A stretch of 63,744 nucleotides of DNA, counting the filler, from Chrysochromulina tobinii (taxonomy: Eukaryota): assembly GCA_001275005.1 (NCBI GenBank). It is 7 parts of 7 records of this genome, joined end to end, with 100 filler letters (N's around TTAATTAATTAA, not from the genome) between each part and the next. Parts side by side here need not be neighbours in the genome. Positions count along the whole stretch, not along the records: positions 1 to 15,677 come from JWZX01000881.1; positions 15,778 to 30,449 come from JWZX01000883.1; 5 more parts are not named here. One strand, 5' to 3'. A program made the position numbers and the translations under genes. Each line of letters opens with the position of its first letter. Within the stretch, counting starts at the first letter, position 1. Shown here piece by piece: positions 11,092 through 30,549 of this stretch. Below the pieces are notes generated by a model, which worked only from the letters and a program-made list of their open reading frames with translations, was not told where the DNA came from and did not search any database.

Positions 11092-11553
11092 CGTTTCATA
11101 ATCGACGTGTGGGTGTGCCACACACACACCGCGTGCGCGCGTGCGTGCGTATGTGCGTGCGTACGCGTGACGTACGTTCCGCGCCGGTTTGGTTTTGATG
11201 CGGGATTTTGTCACGCATCGAAAATAGTTCGTGTGTGTCCGCGCACTTCGGTGAGATTTTCACGAGGGCGCGTTTAAAGGCGCGAACTATCCCATTGGGT
11301 CCTTCCTCGATGTCTCTCCCGGTGTCCTCTTCGACATCGACGGGACGTGAGATGCGAGTGCTCGCGAAGACGCCAAAAACTGCATCCCGCGACGCTCCTC
11401 GCCCGATCCCGCATCATCTCCGATGATTCTTCGAGGCCCGGTCCGTGTCGATGTGCCGCGCGCCCTACTCCCTTCTCAGTGCCATCGAGACCCGGACGCG
11501 TAATCACACGTCCCCACCCTCCCTTTGAGTGCGCAGCGTACCAGATAGCTGCA

Positions 11554-13062
11554 ATGCCTACTACTCAGAAGCGCACCAAGATCTTTTGCACCATGGGCCC
11601 GGCCTGCTGGGATGTGCCTGTCCTGTGCGATCTCATGGACGCGGGCATGAATGTGGCCCGTTTCAACTTCTCGCACGGTGATCACGCGGCCCACGCCGAC
11701 TGCCTCTCGCGCGTGCGCCAGGCGGCCGCCCTTCGCCCGAACAGCAACCTTGGCATCCTCCTCGACACCAAAGGCCCTGAGATCCGCACGGGCTTCTTCA
11801 AGGACGAGTGCAACAAGAAGATCGTCCTGAAGGCGGGCGAGACTGTGGAGCTCACCACGGACTATTCGTACAAGGGCGACGCATCCTGCTTTGCCTGCAC
11901 CTACGAGGCGCTGCCGCGCTCCGTCAAGGTGGGCTCGACGATCCTCATCGCCGACGGCTCGCTCGTTCTCACGGTGACCGAGCTCAAGGAGAAGTCGGTC
12001 ATGTGCAGGATCGAGAACAACCAGACGATTGGCGAGCGCAAGAACATGAACCTGCCCGGCGTCAAGGTCGACCTGCCCGTGCTGCAGGCCAAGGACATTG
12101 ACGATCTGCAGAACTGGGCCGTCCCGCACAAGGTCGACTTCATCGCCGCTTCCTTCGTGCAGTCGGCGGAGGACGTGCATTTCATCCGCAAGGTGCTGGG
12201 CCCTGATGGCGCGGGCATCAAGATCATCTCCAAGATCGAGAACCAGGAGGGCCTTGACAACTTTGACGAGATCCTCAAGGCCACGGACGGGATCATGGTG
12301 GCGCGAGGCGACCTGGGTATGGAGATCCCGCCAGAGAAGGTGTTCCGTGAGCAAAAGATCATGGTCACCAAGTGCCGCGAGGCTGGCAAACCCGTCGTCG
12401 TCGCGACCCAGATGCTCGAGTCGATGATCCAGAACCCGCGCCCCACGCGCGCCGAGTGCTCAGACGTGGCCAACGCGGTCCTCGACGGCGCAGACTGCGT
12501 GATGCTTTCGGGCGAGACGGCGAACGGCGCGTTCCCCAAGGGCGCCGTCGAGATTATGGCTCGCACGTGCCTCCAGGCGGAGCAGATGCGCATCGACACG
12601 GACACGACGGGCGGCTACGATGACATCTTCAAGCTCATGAAGAGCGCGAAGCTCTCGGGCAAGGCGATCTCGCACGGCGAGTCTGCTGCGTCGTCTGCCG
12701 TCAAGACGGCGACGGACATCGGCGCGAAGGCGATCATTGTCCTCTCCGAGACGGGCGAGACGGCACGCATGCTGTCCAAATACCACCCGCACATGCCCAT
12801 CCTCGCCATCTGCGTCGAGGGCCGCGTCGCCCGACAGATCGAAGGCTACATGAACAACGCGCGCGCGATCCTGACGGACGTCAAGCGTGGCGACGGCGCC
12901 CATGTGCGCCTTGCCTTCGCTGAGGGCAAGAAGCTCGGATTGTTTTCGGACGGCGACGTGACGGTGTGCGTGCACACGATGCGCAACGCCGACGACCAGA
13001 AGCAATGGACCGTCCGCATCCTCAACGTGACCTCGTCGAGCGCGCCCACCCCCAAACCGTAA
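11554..13062 (+). CDS. PK: Pyruvate kinase
   Basis: RTKIFCTMGP, ARFNFSHG, LDTKGPEIRTG, ISKIENQEG, GIMVARGDLG, ATQMLESM, DCVMLSGETA. Confidence 0.98.
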   Translation: MPTTQKRTKIFCTMGPACWDVPVLCDLMDAGMNVARFNFSHGDHAAHADCLSRVRQAAALRPNSNLGILLDTKGPEIRTGFFKDECNKKIVLKAGETVELTTDYSYKGDASCFACTYEALPRSVKVGSTILIADGSLVLTVTELKEKSVMCRIENNQTIGERKNMNLPGVKVDLPVLQAKDIDDLQNWAVPHKVDFIAASFVQSAEDVHFIRKVLGPDGAGIKIISKIENQEGLDNFDEILKATDGIMVARGDLGMEIPPEKVFREQKIMVTKCREAGKPVVVATQMLESMIQNPRPTRAECSDVANAVLDGADCVMLSGETANGAFPKGAVEIMARTCLQAEQMRIDTDTTGGYDDIFKLMKSAKLSGKAISHGESAASSAVKTATDIGAKAIIVLSETGETARMLSKYHPHMPILAICVEGRVARQIEGYMNNARAILTDVKRGDGAHVRLAFAEGKKLGLFSDGDVTVCVHTMRNADDQKQWTVRILNVTSSSAPTPKP

Positions 13063-13636
13063 GTGGCGCAGGGCTCTTTTCGATGCGTGACTTCGTCGTG
13101 ACCGGGCCTGAGCTCTCTTCGTCGTGACCGAGCCTTAGCTCTCTTCGTCCTGACTTCCTTAGACGTGACTTCCTCCTCTTTCTCCTCAAATGACTTCGTC
13201 CTGACGAGACAGAGAGCTAAAGCCCGGTCACGTGACTTCCTCCTCATTCTCGTCGTCCAGGTACACTGACGCTGACTGATCTGGCTCTTTTACGGATCGT
13301 GAGAGCAGGCGGAGACGTGAGAACAGGGTTCGGTGTGGGATCGGCCCTGTTTTGAGCGCCCGTTCCACGGCCGCGTGCGCGCTTGGTGATGTGGCCTTGT
13401 GGAGTTCGATCCCTCCAGTGGAGCGTGGAGATTGGCACATTTTCGTGCGAGGGGTGAGATATTCTTGTTGTTGGGAAGTGTGTGCCTGTCGTTGGTAAGT
13501 GTGATCCTCACGTTCCAAACTATTTCCGGAAATCGACTCGAATTTTCCGATCCAGTTCCGCGGTAACTCTCTTTCGGCTTCGCGCTCGTGTGGTGAAGTC
13601 GGGGCTGCCCTCTGTTTGTCTTGGACTTGCCACCTG

Positions 13637-15491
13637 ATGCTGGCCTTGGAATTGCCACCGATTTGCGCAAAAGCCGATTTCCAGAGCACATCCCATCTGC
13701 AGTGCATGGTCGAAGGCGCATACGAGTCAACTCTTGGCCAGAAACGAAGCGTTCTCTTACGCCCAGCCCAGCGGAGTATCTCAGAGCCGCTTCGCCAGTC
13801 TGCTCCGGAAGAGGACGGGCGCAAAGCACGGTCGATTGCCATCATCGGCGGTGGCGTGTCCGGAATTTGGTCAGCTCTCACGCTCAAGGAATTGGGGTAC
13901 ACCAACATCACAATCATCGAGAAGGAGATGAAAATTGGTGGAAAGGCGGCGGCGTTTAGCTACGCAGGCAAGCACTACCCACTCGGCGCGGTGGGCACAC
14001 CGCTAGCGCTGGAATCGGCCTCCTTCGCCGAAGAGCAGCTCTTCGAGAAGCCATTAAAGTTTGCCGCCTCTCTGTTTGGTCGCACGGGCCGGAGGCTGCA
14101 AGTGCTCAACGCGAACCACCTCGTGGTCGACGGGCTCGGCTGGCCTGGGCCCTTCCCGGTGGCTGAGCTCACATCACGCACGCCCGTTGCGGACTGGCAG
14201 GACGCCTTTGGAGCGAGCGGCCGTCCAGAGCGATTCTATCCGCACTTGCACGATTTCCGCGGGAAGTCATCCGAGTTGGCGCCCGACGCTCTGCTCCCTC
14301 GGATTGTACCTCGATGGGGGCCAGCCAGAGACGTCGTGGCCCCTCGTCTACGGTCTCCGCGCACGGCTATGGCGTCGACGCGTGCCAAGGACGCGCCGCC
14401 GTACTACTACTGGGCGCGCTTCGCCCAAAAGTCCACCAATGCGGGCTCCAAAGGTGTGCTCGGGATGGCGCTCCCGGGTCACACCCCCCTTGGCCCACGC
14501 GGACCGGCGCTTCGAGGGTGGGACTCGACGAATCTATTTGAGGAGAAGTTGCAACGAGCGGGCGTGGCAGTGCGCACGGGCGCGGCGGTCACCTCGGTCG
14601 TGCGTGACGCCGAGCACGTGCGCATCACCACAGCGGATGGCCACACACGCGACTTTGAGCAGCTCGTGCTCGCATCCGATCTCAAAGGGGCGCTCGGCTT
14701 TCTCGACGCCGACGAGCGCGAGCGCGCGCTCTTTACAAAGATTCGTCACCAGCCATACTACACGATCGCCTCCTTTGTCTGGCTGCCGTGGCTCGCCACG
14801 GGCTCAGTCTACTACCTGAGCGAGCATCAAGGGCCAAAGCCGTATGCAGAGCCAATGGCGACGGATGCTGGAAAGGCGACCGCCGGTTGCCCCACGATTT
14901 TGCTCAAGGCCAACCGAGGTTCTAATCTGACCATCAGCTGGGCCTACGGCGGCAGCGGGGTGGGAGCGCCAGAGATGGAGGTGCGCGCACCCAGGCGCTC
15001 TGCATCGTTTTCATCCCAGGGCCGTCTTGTGGCACTGTCCCTGATCCCGGCTCATGACGAAACCCCACTATCTCCTGCCTATCTCCTGCCTATCTCCTGC
15101 CAATCTCCTGCCCTTCCGTTGGACTCTCCGTTTGCCCCAGGCATGCCTGCGTGACACCGTGCTGCGCCTCGGCGGCAAGTTTGGCGGCGTGAGCTTCGTC
15201 AAGCCATGGCACGACTACTTTCCGCACTTCGGCGCGGCCGACCTGCGCGCCAACCTCCACCAGCAGCTCGACGCGCTGCAGGGGCAGCGGCGCACGCTCA
15301 TGGTCGGAGAGGTGTTCAACCTGCCCCTGGTCTCAGAATGTGTGGACTTTGCTCGTTACATCATCCGGCGGCATATGAACGTCGAGGCGCCTGGCCGCAG
15401 CACGAGCCCTGGTGCGTCTGATCGGCCCTCTCGTTCGGTGGCGAGGCGACTGCTTCGCACCATTGGCCGCCGTCGGCGTCATACGGTGTGA
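13637..15491 (+). CDS. FAD-dependent oxidoreductase, polyunsaturated fatty-acid isomerase (PAI)/amine oxidase-like (intron 14981-15140)
   Basis: Rossmann motif IAIIGGGVSG...IIEKE..IGGK; C-terminal W.DYFPH....LDALQGQRRT..GE as in PAI-type flavoproteins; in-frame GT-AG intron. Probable compensated frameshifts at 14316-14380. Confidence 0.75.
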
Positions 15492-15677
15492 TGCGGCGTC
15501 GACGAGGAGCCAAAGGGGTCATCATCCCGTCCGGGGGACTGTGCGTATGGGAATCGATGGCAAGGCGGGTGGGGATAGCGACAGGGGAGGCACAACGTCT
15601 GTTTTCGCTCCACTTTCTTGCAGGGAGCCAATCGGGCGAGCCCCCTTTCCCGGAGCGTCGCTGCCGGGCTCCCTGGC

Positions 15678-15777
15678 NNNNNNNNNNNNNNNNNNNNNNN
15701 NNNNNNNNNNNNNNNNNNNNNTTAATTAATTAANNNNNNNNNNNNNNNNNNNNNNNNNNNNNNNNNNNNNNNNNNNN
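15678..15777. other. Artificial contig linker
   Basis: N44-TTAATTAATTAA-N44 six-frame stop linker. Confidence 0.99.
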
Positions 15778-17939
15778 GGCGGCGGCGGCGGCGGCGGCCT
15801 CGGCGGCGGCACGGGCATCGGCGGCGGGGCGCCAGTCGCATCGGTAGTATCGCGTTCACAAGCCGAGCGCCTCGCCAGCCCTGAGCGCCTTAATCTCGAT
15901 CGTCGAGGTCTCACTGCGTGCCCCTTACTGCAAGGCGAGGAGAGGCTTCGGCTGCTCAACTACCAGAACAACGCAATCGCCGAGATCAGCAACCTCCACA
16001 CGCTGCCGTACCTCATCTTCCTCGACCTGTGCGCACACGACTGCCTCCTTGACTGCCTCCTTGAGTGCCCTCTGAGTGCCCCTCTGAGCACCCTCTGAGC
16101 ACACACTGAGCACCCTCTTGAGTGCCTCTCTCATCAGGTACAACAACCGGATTTCGAGCATCTCGGGCCTCGAAGGAGTCCCCTCGCTCCGTGTGCTCAT
16201 GCTCGGCAAGAATGCCATCCGGGCCATCGAGCGCCTCGAGAAGCTGACGAAGCTCGACGTGCTCGACCTGCACTGCAACCAGGTAGGTGGATCGACCCAG
16301 ATTGCACCTGGAGAGCTCTTGATTGCCCTTGATGAAGTACGTGGATCGCCCCAGATTGCACGCTCTTGATTGCGCTTGATGAAGTACGTGGATCGCCCCA
16401 GATTGCACCTGGAGAGCTCTTGATTGCGCTTGATGAAGTACGTGGATCGCCCCTGATTGCGCCGCCTGGTTGCCCCTAAGCGCGCCTCGAGGCGTTGACG
16501 AAGCTCGGCATGCATTGCCATCAGATCGGAGCCATCGACGGCTTGTCGACCCTCTCCGAGCTGCGCGTGCTCAATCTCGCGGGCAACCAGGTGACGAATC
16601 TGATTGACCCCTGATGTGACGAATCTGATTATGGCCCCTGATGATGGCTCCCTCTCCGAGCTGCGCGTGCTCAATCTCGCGGGCAACCAGATCGCGCACC
16701 TCGAGGCGCGCCGGCTCGCCGGCCTCACCTCGCTGGCCGAGCTCAACTTGCGACGAAACTTGATCACGTCGGTGGCGGGAGTGGAGGCGCTGCCGGCGCT
16801 GCAACGCCTATTTCTCTCCTACAACGCCATCAACACGCTCGCGAGCGTCTCGTGCCTGCAAGTACGCTGATTGCGTCCTGATTGCGTCCTGAGTGCGTCC
16901 TGAGTGCGCACGGATTGCATCCTGAGTGCGTAGTGATTGAGTTCTGAGTGCGTTCTGAGTGCGTTCTGATTGCGTCATGATTAATCGCGAGCGTCCCGTG
17001 CGTGCAGGCCGCCGCAGGGTTGCATGAGCTCGCGCTCGACGGAAACCCGGTCGCGTCGGACGCGTCATACCGGCACGCAATCCTGTGCATCGGCCGTTCC
17101 CTTCGCCATCTCGACTTACGGCGCGTCTCCGAGGACGACCGACGGGCGGCACAGGCGCGCTGATGGCCTCTGATTGCGTCCTGATGACCGCCGATTGCGT
17201 CCTGATGGCCTCCAAAGACCACTGAGGACCGCTGATTGCGCCACAGGCCATGGCTCCGATTGCGTCTGATTGCGTCTGATTGCGTCCGATTGCGTCCGAT
17301 TGCGTCCGATTGCGTCCGATTGCGTCCGATTGCGTCTGATTGCGTCCGATTGCGCCACAGGCGTATGCTATGGCTCGCGAGGCCGAGAAGCCACCGGTGC
17401 CATCACCCACCCCCCGTGATCAGCAAGAGAGGACGGGCGACGCAATCAGAGGCGATCAGGATGCAATCAGAGGCCATCAAGAGAGGACGGGTGACGTGAC
17501 TGTTGGGCTCAGGCAGTCGTTGCACCACCCCGCGCCAGCCGCGTCGGCGCCCGCGACGGCGCTCGAAGCTGCCGGTGGCGCCCCGACGTCGTCGCGGGCG
17601 CCGCAGCCGCCGCAGCCACCCTCACGCCCGCTTGGCGCACCGTCAGCGGCTGATCAGTCAGCGGTAGCTCCGCACACCAGTGCCGCTGGCGGCATCGGCG
17701 CCGCCGCAGCCGGACGCGCCGCCGCCGCTGCCGCCCTTCGAGCTCGAGCGCTCGAGATCGGCCAGAGCAGCGCTGAAAGAGGTGGGGCGCCCACCACGGC
17801 GCCGGTCGCGGCACCAGCGCCGTCTCGAGCGCCTCTCTCGCAGGGCCGGTATGCTGGGTATGGCGGCGGCGCTGGTGGCGGCGCCTGTGGCGGCGGCGCT
17901 GGTGGCGACGGCGGCGGCGTTGGCGGTGGTGGCGGCGGT

Positions 17940-17980
<41 letters not shown>

Positions 17981-19206
17981 AGGTTCGCACACGGGTGCCC
18001 AGTACGGCGCCTTGCCACCGCCGGGCAGCAGCAGCAGCAGCGCCGCTCAGACCGTCGGCGAGGGTTCATCACGGGGTTCGTCACGGGAGGAGCGTGGCCA
18101 AATCGAGACGACCGAGATGGCGGGAGGTGCGTCACGGGGTTCGTCACGGGAGGAGCGTGGCCAAATCGAGATGACCGAGATGGCGGGAGGGGGCGTGTGG
18201 CTGCATGCATACGGCGAGGCCGCCGATGCGCTCGAGACGGCGCCGCGCTTCGCCGACGCTGTGGGGGTGAGCTTCTCTTTTCTTCCATTCGAGCGACTCG
18301 CGCGAACGGCCTTCCCCAAGCTCCGGTCGCTCCGGCGGTTACGCGAGCTGCATCTCGAGCACACAGAGCTCCACTCGCTTCATCAGCTCCACTCCTTTGC
18401 ATGCGTGCCTGGCGTCACCACGCTTCGCGTCTCCGTCGAGGGCAACCCCGTGGTGACGCATGCACACTTCCGATCCCTAATTGAGTCTGATTGCAACCCC
18501 GTGGTGACGCATGCACACTTCCTCTCCCTCTGCACCCCATCAGCCTAATTGAGTCTGATGGCATGCTGATGGCCTCCCTCATCAGGTGACGCATGCACAC
18601 TTCCGATCCCTCTGCACCGCAACTATGCCGCTCCTCCGCTCTCTCAACGGCGCCGAAATCACGCGAGATGAGCGCGAGGCCGCCGAGGGCGAGTGGCGCC
18701 GTCTCAAGCGCCTCTACTCGATGGCCCGCAACACATTGCATGCAAGGCATGCGCCGCTGCCGTTACTGCATGCAATGAGCATCTTCGACGGGCCGACCGA
18801 CACAGGCGCCGGCGCTCGAGACGGCGCTCGTGCCGGAGGAAGTGGTGCCTCCGTCACGAGCGCCGTCACGAGCGCCGCGCGCCATGCTGCTGGCGCGCCC
18901 GCGCACGCGCCCGCGTCCGCCGGCGCTCGTGACGGCGCTCTTTCCGGTACGTCCTCACGGGAGATCCAATCTCCGCCCGCGCAGCTCGCCGCCGCCTTCG
19001 TCGATCGCGTGCTCGAGCATGCCTTGGCCGTGGATGAGAAGATCTCGCAGCTGAATACGGCGTGGCCGCACATCGTGGCCACGTACCAGGCGCGCGTGCA
19101 CGCGGAGGTGGTCGACCGTTCCCTCTTCCTCCGCCGGTACCAAGCGGCGGCGAGCGGCAGTGATGAAGGTGCGACACTCGCGCTGCCCGAGATGCCCGCC
19201 GCCTAG
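15778..19206 (+). CDS. LRRC49: Leucine-rich repeat protein 49-like (tubulin polyglutamylase complex subunit), 5'-partial, multi-exon
   Basis: Spliced reading PERLNLDRRGLTACPLLQGEERLRLLNYQNN...LIFLDL|YNNRI...LRVLMLGKNAI...LDVLDLHCNQ|I...LRVLNLAGNQ|I...LQRLFLSYNAI...|ELALDGNPV...LRHLDLRRVSEDDRR follows LRRC49. Introns 16029-16137, 16283-16524, 16591-16690, 16862-17007, 17155-17360 (GC-AG) and 18453-18585; the middle part is uncertain. Confidence 0.85.
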
Positions 19207-19903
19207 GGACTTGAAGATCGTGCGGAGATGCCCACCGCCCTGATGCGTACAAGATAGTACACAGTATGCCTCTCCGATCACATGTGGTCGAGTCCTCTCC
19301 CGCGCGTGGCCTCACGGACCGCCCCGCTCGCGTTTTACTCGCGTTTTGGCCGCGACGTCTTCGTCCGTCCGAACTTCCGTCCACCCGTACTCACCGTTTG
19401 GGCACAGCGTTCTCGATATGACACCTGAGTCCCCCGCCCTGGTGGAGCCTTTCACGCGGCCACGCGGGCTCGCGCAGCGCGCCTCGATACACTACGATAC
19501 ACGATAGTCGATTGCAATTAATTGCAATACGATTCTAGTTTCTCAGCTAAGTTTCTACGATTCGGATTTCGGTGGGCACACACGTGCACGACGGCGGTCC
19601 ACTGGGATTACGGGGCTTACCACAGGACTCGAGCGTCGAGGACGGGCTCCGGTCGAGAACATGCGTTACTTTGCTGGCGGGAGGGGTGTGCGGGATGAAA
19701 ATCCCACGATGGTCGATGCTCTCTCTCTCACCATGCATCAGTTTTTGTGACCAAGGGGTAATCTCCCGGTGGAGCTCCGAGACCGCAAAGGCGCGAGGTT
19801 TCGCATCAAAAGGCTCGCTGCGACGCGAAGTCGAATCGCGCGATCGACGAGGCCGCCCCTCCGTGCACGACAAGCTTGAGGAAAGGCCGTCGGCGCTGTG
19901 ACC

Positions 19904-20656
19904 ATGGGTGGTGGCAACGCCCAGAAGTCGGCGATGGCGCGCGAGCGCAATGCGGCCAAGGCGGCCGCGGAAGGATCGGGCGGTGGTGGCGCTGCGGGCA
20001 TGAAGTCCCGCCAAGCGGATGCAAGTGTCCACGCCGCTGCTATGGCTGCGCGCGCGGAGAAGAATGATGCCCGCGCTGCGCGCGAAGCCGCGAAGAAGGC
20101 GGCGGAGGACGCGCTCAACGCGAAGTCTGCCAAGTTGGCGAAGGCGGCGGGCGACGCTGGAGCTGGCCTGCAAAGCGGCAGCGCTTCGAAGGATAAGAAG
20201 GCGGCGGCGGCAGCAGCGCTCGCAGCCCTCATGGCCCCGGCCCCGAAGAAGGAGAAGAAGAAGAAGGAGGAGAAGAAGCAGGGGGAGGAAGAGGAGGGCA
20301 AGGAGGACAAGGAGGAGGAGGAGGAGGAGGCTGGTGCGCAGAACGATGAGGGGGCGGAGGACGAGGCAGGCGACGAGGCTGAAGGTGATGATGCGGATGC
20401 GATGGACGAGGAAGCGTCGGTGGAGATCCCACAGCGCGTCTACACACCCGAGCAGCTCGCACAGAAGCAGGCGCAGAAGGCAAAGGCGGAGGTTGTGATG
20501 GCCGACCGCATCGCCAAGTCAGCGGCGAAGGCGGAGGCAGCGGACATCGCGGCCAAGACGGCTACAATCAAGGCGGCCCTCACCAAAGCCGGCAAGGCGG
20601 CGACGCTCAAAGAGGCCGAGCTCGACACGTTGCTTGCGGCGGCCGGCTTCGTGTGA
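19904..20656 (+). CDS. Protein with a 4F5/ZNF706-like N-terminus followed by an Ala/Lys/Glu-rich region
   Basis: Starts MGGGNAQKSAMARERN, the conserved N-terminus of the ZNF706/At2g23090-like family. No C2H2 finger visible. Confidence 0.7.
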   Translation: MGGGNAQKSAMARERNAAKAAAEGSGGGGAAGMKSRQADASVHAAAMAARAEKNDARAAREAAKKAAEDALNAKSAKLAKAAGDAGAGLQSGSASKDKKAAAAAALAALMAPAPKKEKKKKEEKKQGEEEEGKEDKEEEEEEAGAQNDEGAEDEAGDEAEGDDADAMDEEASVEIPQRVYTPEQLAQKQAQKAKAEVVMADRIAKSAAKAEAADIAAKTATIKAALTKAGKAATLKEAELDTLLAAAGFV

Positions 20657-21374
20657 GCGACCCTTCTGTTCGTTGCTCTCCACGATAGTTGCCCAGAGAG
20701 AGAAAGAGAGAGACGACAGAGCGCGCGCGGCGCAGCGAAAGTGCCGCTGTGTGGGGTGAATGGCCGCGCGGTGGCTAAGATACTGTCATGTTATCGCTGC
20801 GTGTACGCGACAGTGAGTCAAGACAGTGAGAGAGGCCACACGACACACAGTGAATTAGACGAATCATCGATGCCAGACGCGCGGACACCGATCATTTCAC
20901 ATCGCACCATTCTCAGGCTTTCCACAGACCACACACGGCGCCATAGCGCATAGAGGGTGCCAAGTCCGCGCTCCCGGCCGCGGCAGCCTCGGCCCTCGCC
21001 CATCACTTGTCGATTGAGCACGCCGCGTCGACGCGGGCCCCAGCCCCGCAGGCACCGGTGCGATGCACGAAACGGCGTGATCACGCGCGCGGCACACACA
21101 CGTATCTACCCGCGTCGAGTCACACACACAGCTATTTGCGGTTCAGAACCGCCGCTCGGTTGTGTGAGCTGGCAGTGACGCTGCCGTCCTACCTGCCGTC
21201 CCAACTCACGAACGTCGAGTCAGTCGCCCCCGCTAGCCCCGGATTTCCCCCCCACACCCCCCTCCCCTATCCCTCCCCTTTTCCCATCCCATCATAACCA
21301 CTGGCCGTAACTGCCACCTAACCGCCGCCCTTGAATCCGCCCCGTGCAAGGCCCCTCAGCGAGGCGTCTAGTGA

Positions 21375-21432
21375 CCATGTGAGGGGCCATGTGAGGGGCC
21401 ATGTGGGGGGCCATGTGAGTGGCCATGTGAGG
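21375..21432 (+). repeat. 12-bp tandem repeat (CCATGTGAGGGG) x about 5
   Basis: Seen directly, immediately downstream of the HECT stop codon. Confidence 0.85.
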
Positions 21433-21437
21433 AGTCC

Positions 21438-30449
<9,012 letters not shown>

Positions 30450-30549
30450 NNNNNNNNNNNNNNNNNNNNNNNNNNNNNNNNNNNNNNNNNNNNTTAATTA
30501 ATTAANNNNNNNNNNNNNNNNNNNNNNNNNNNNNNNNNNNNNNNNNNNN
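30450..30549. other. Artificial contig linker
   Basis: N44-TTAATTAATTAA-N44. Confidence 0.99.

Noticed and set aside
11476..12605. Long antisense ORFs over pyruvate kinase and similar shadow ORFs elsewhere
   Set aside because: An expected consequence of high GC3 codon bias.
9747..15491. Operon-like metabolic cluster (Mpv17-ACT, PK, flavoprotein)
   Set aside because: Co-oriented eukaryotic genes with normal spacers and no clear shared pathway.
15678..15777. TTAATTAATTAA motif recurring six times within N runs
   Set aside because: Artificial contig linker. ORFs and gene neighbourhoods crossing it are meaningless.
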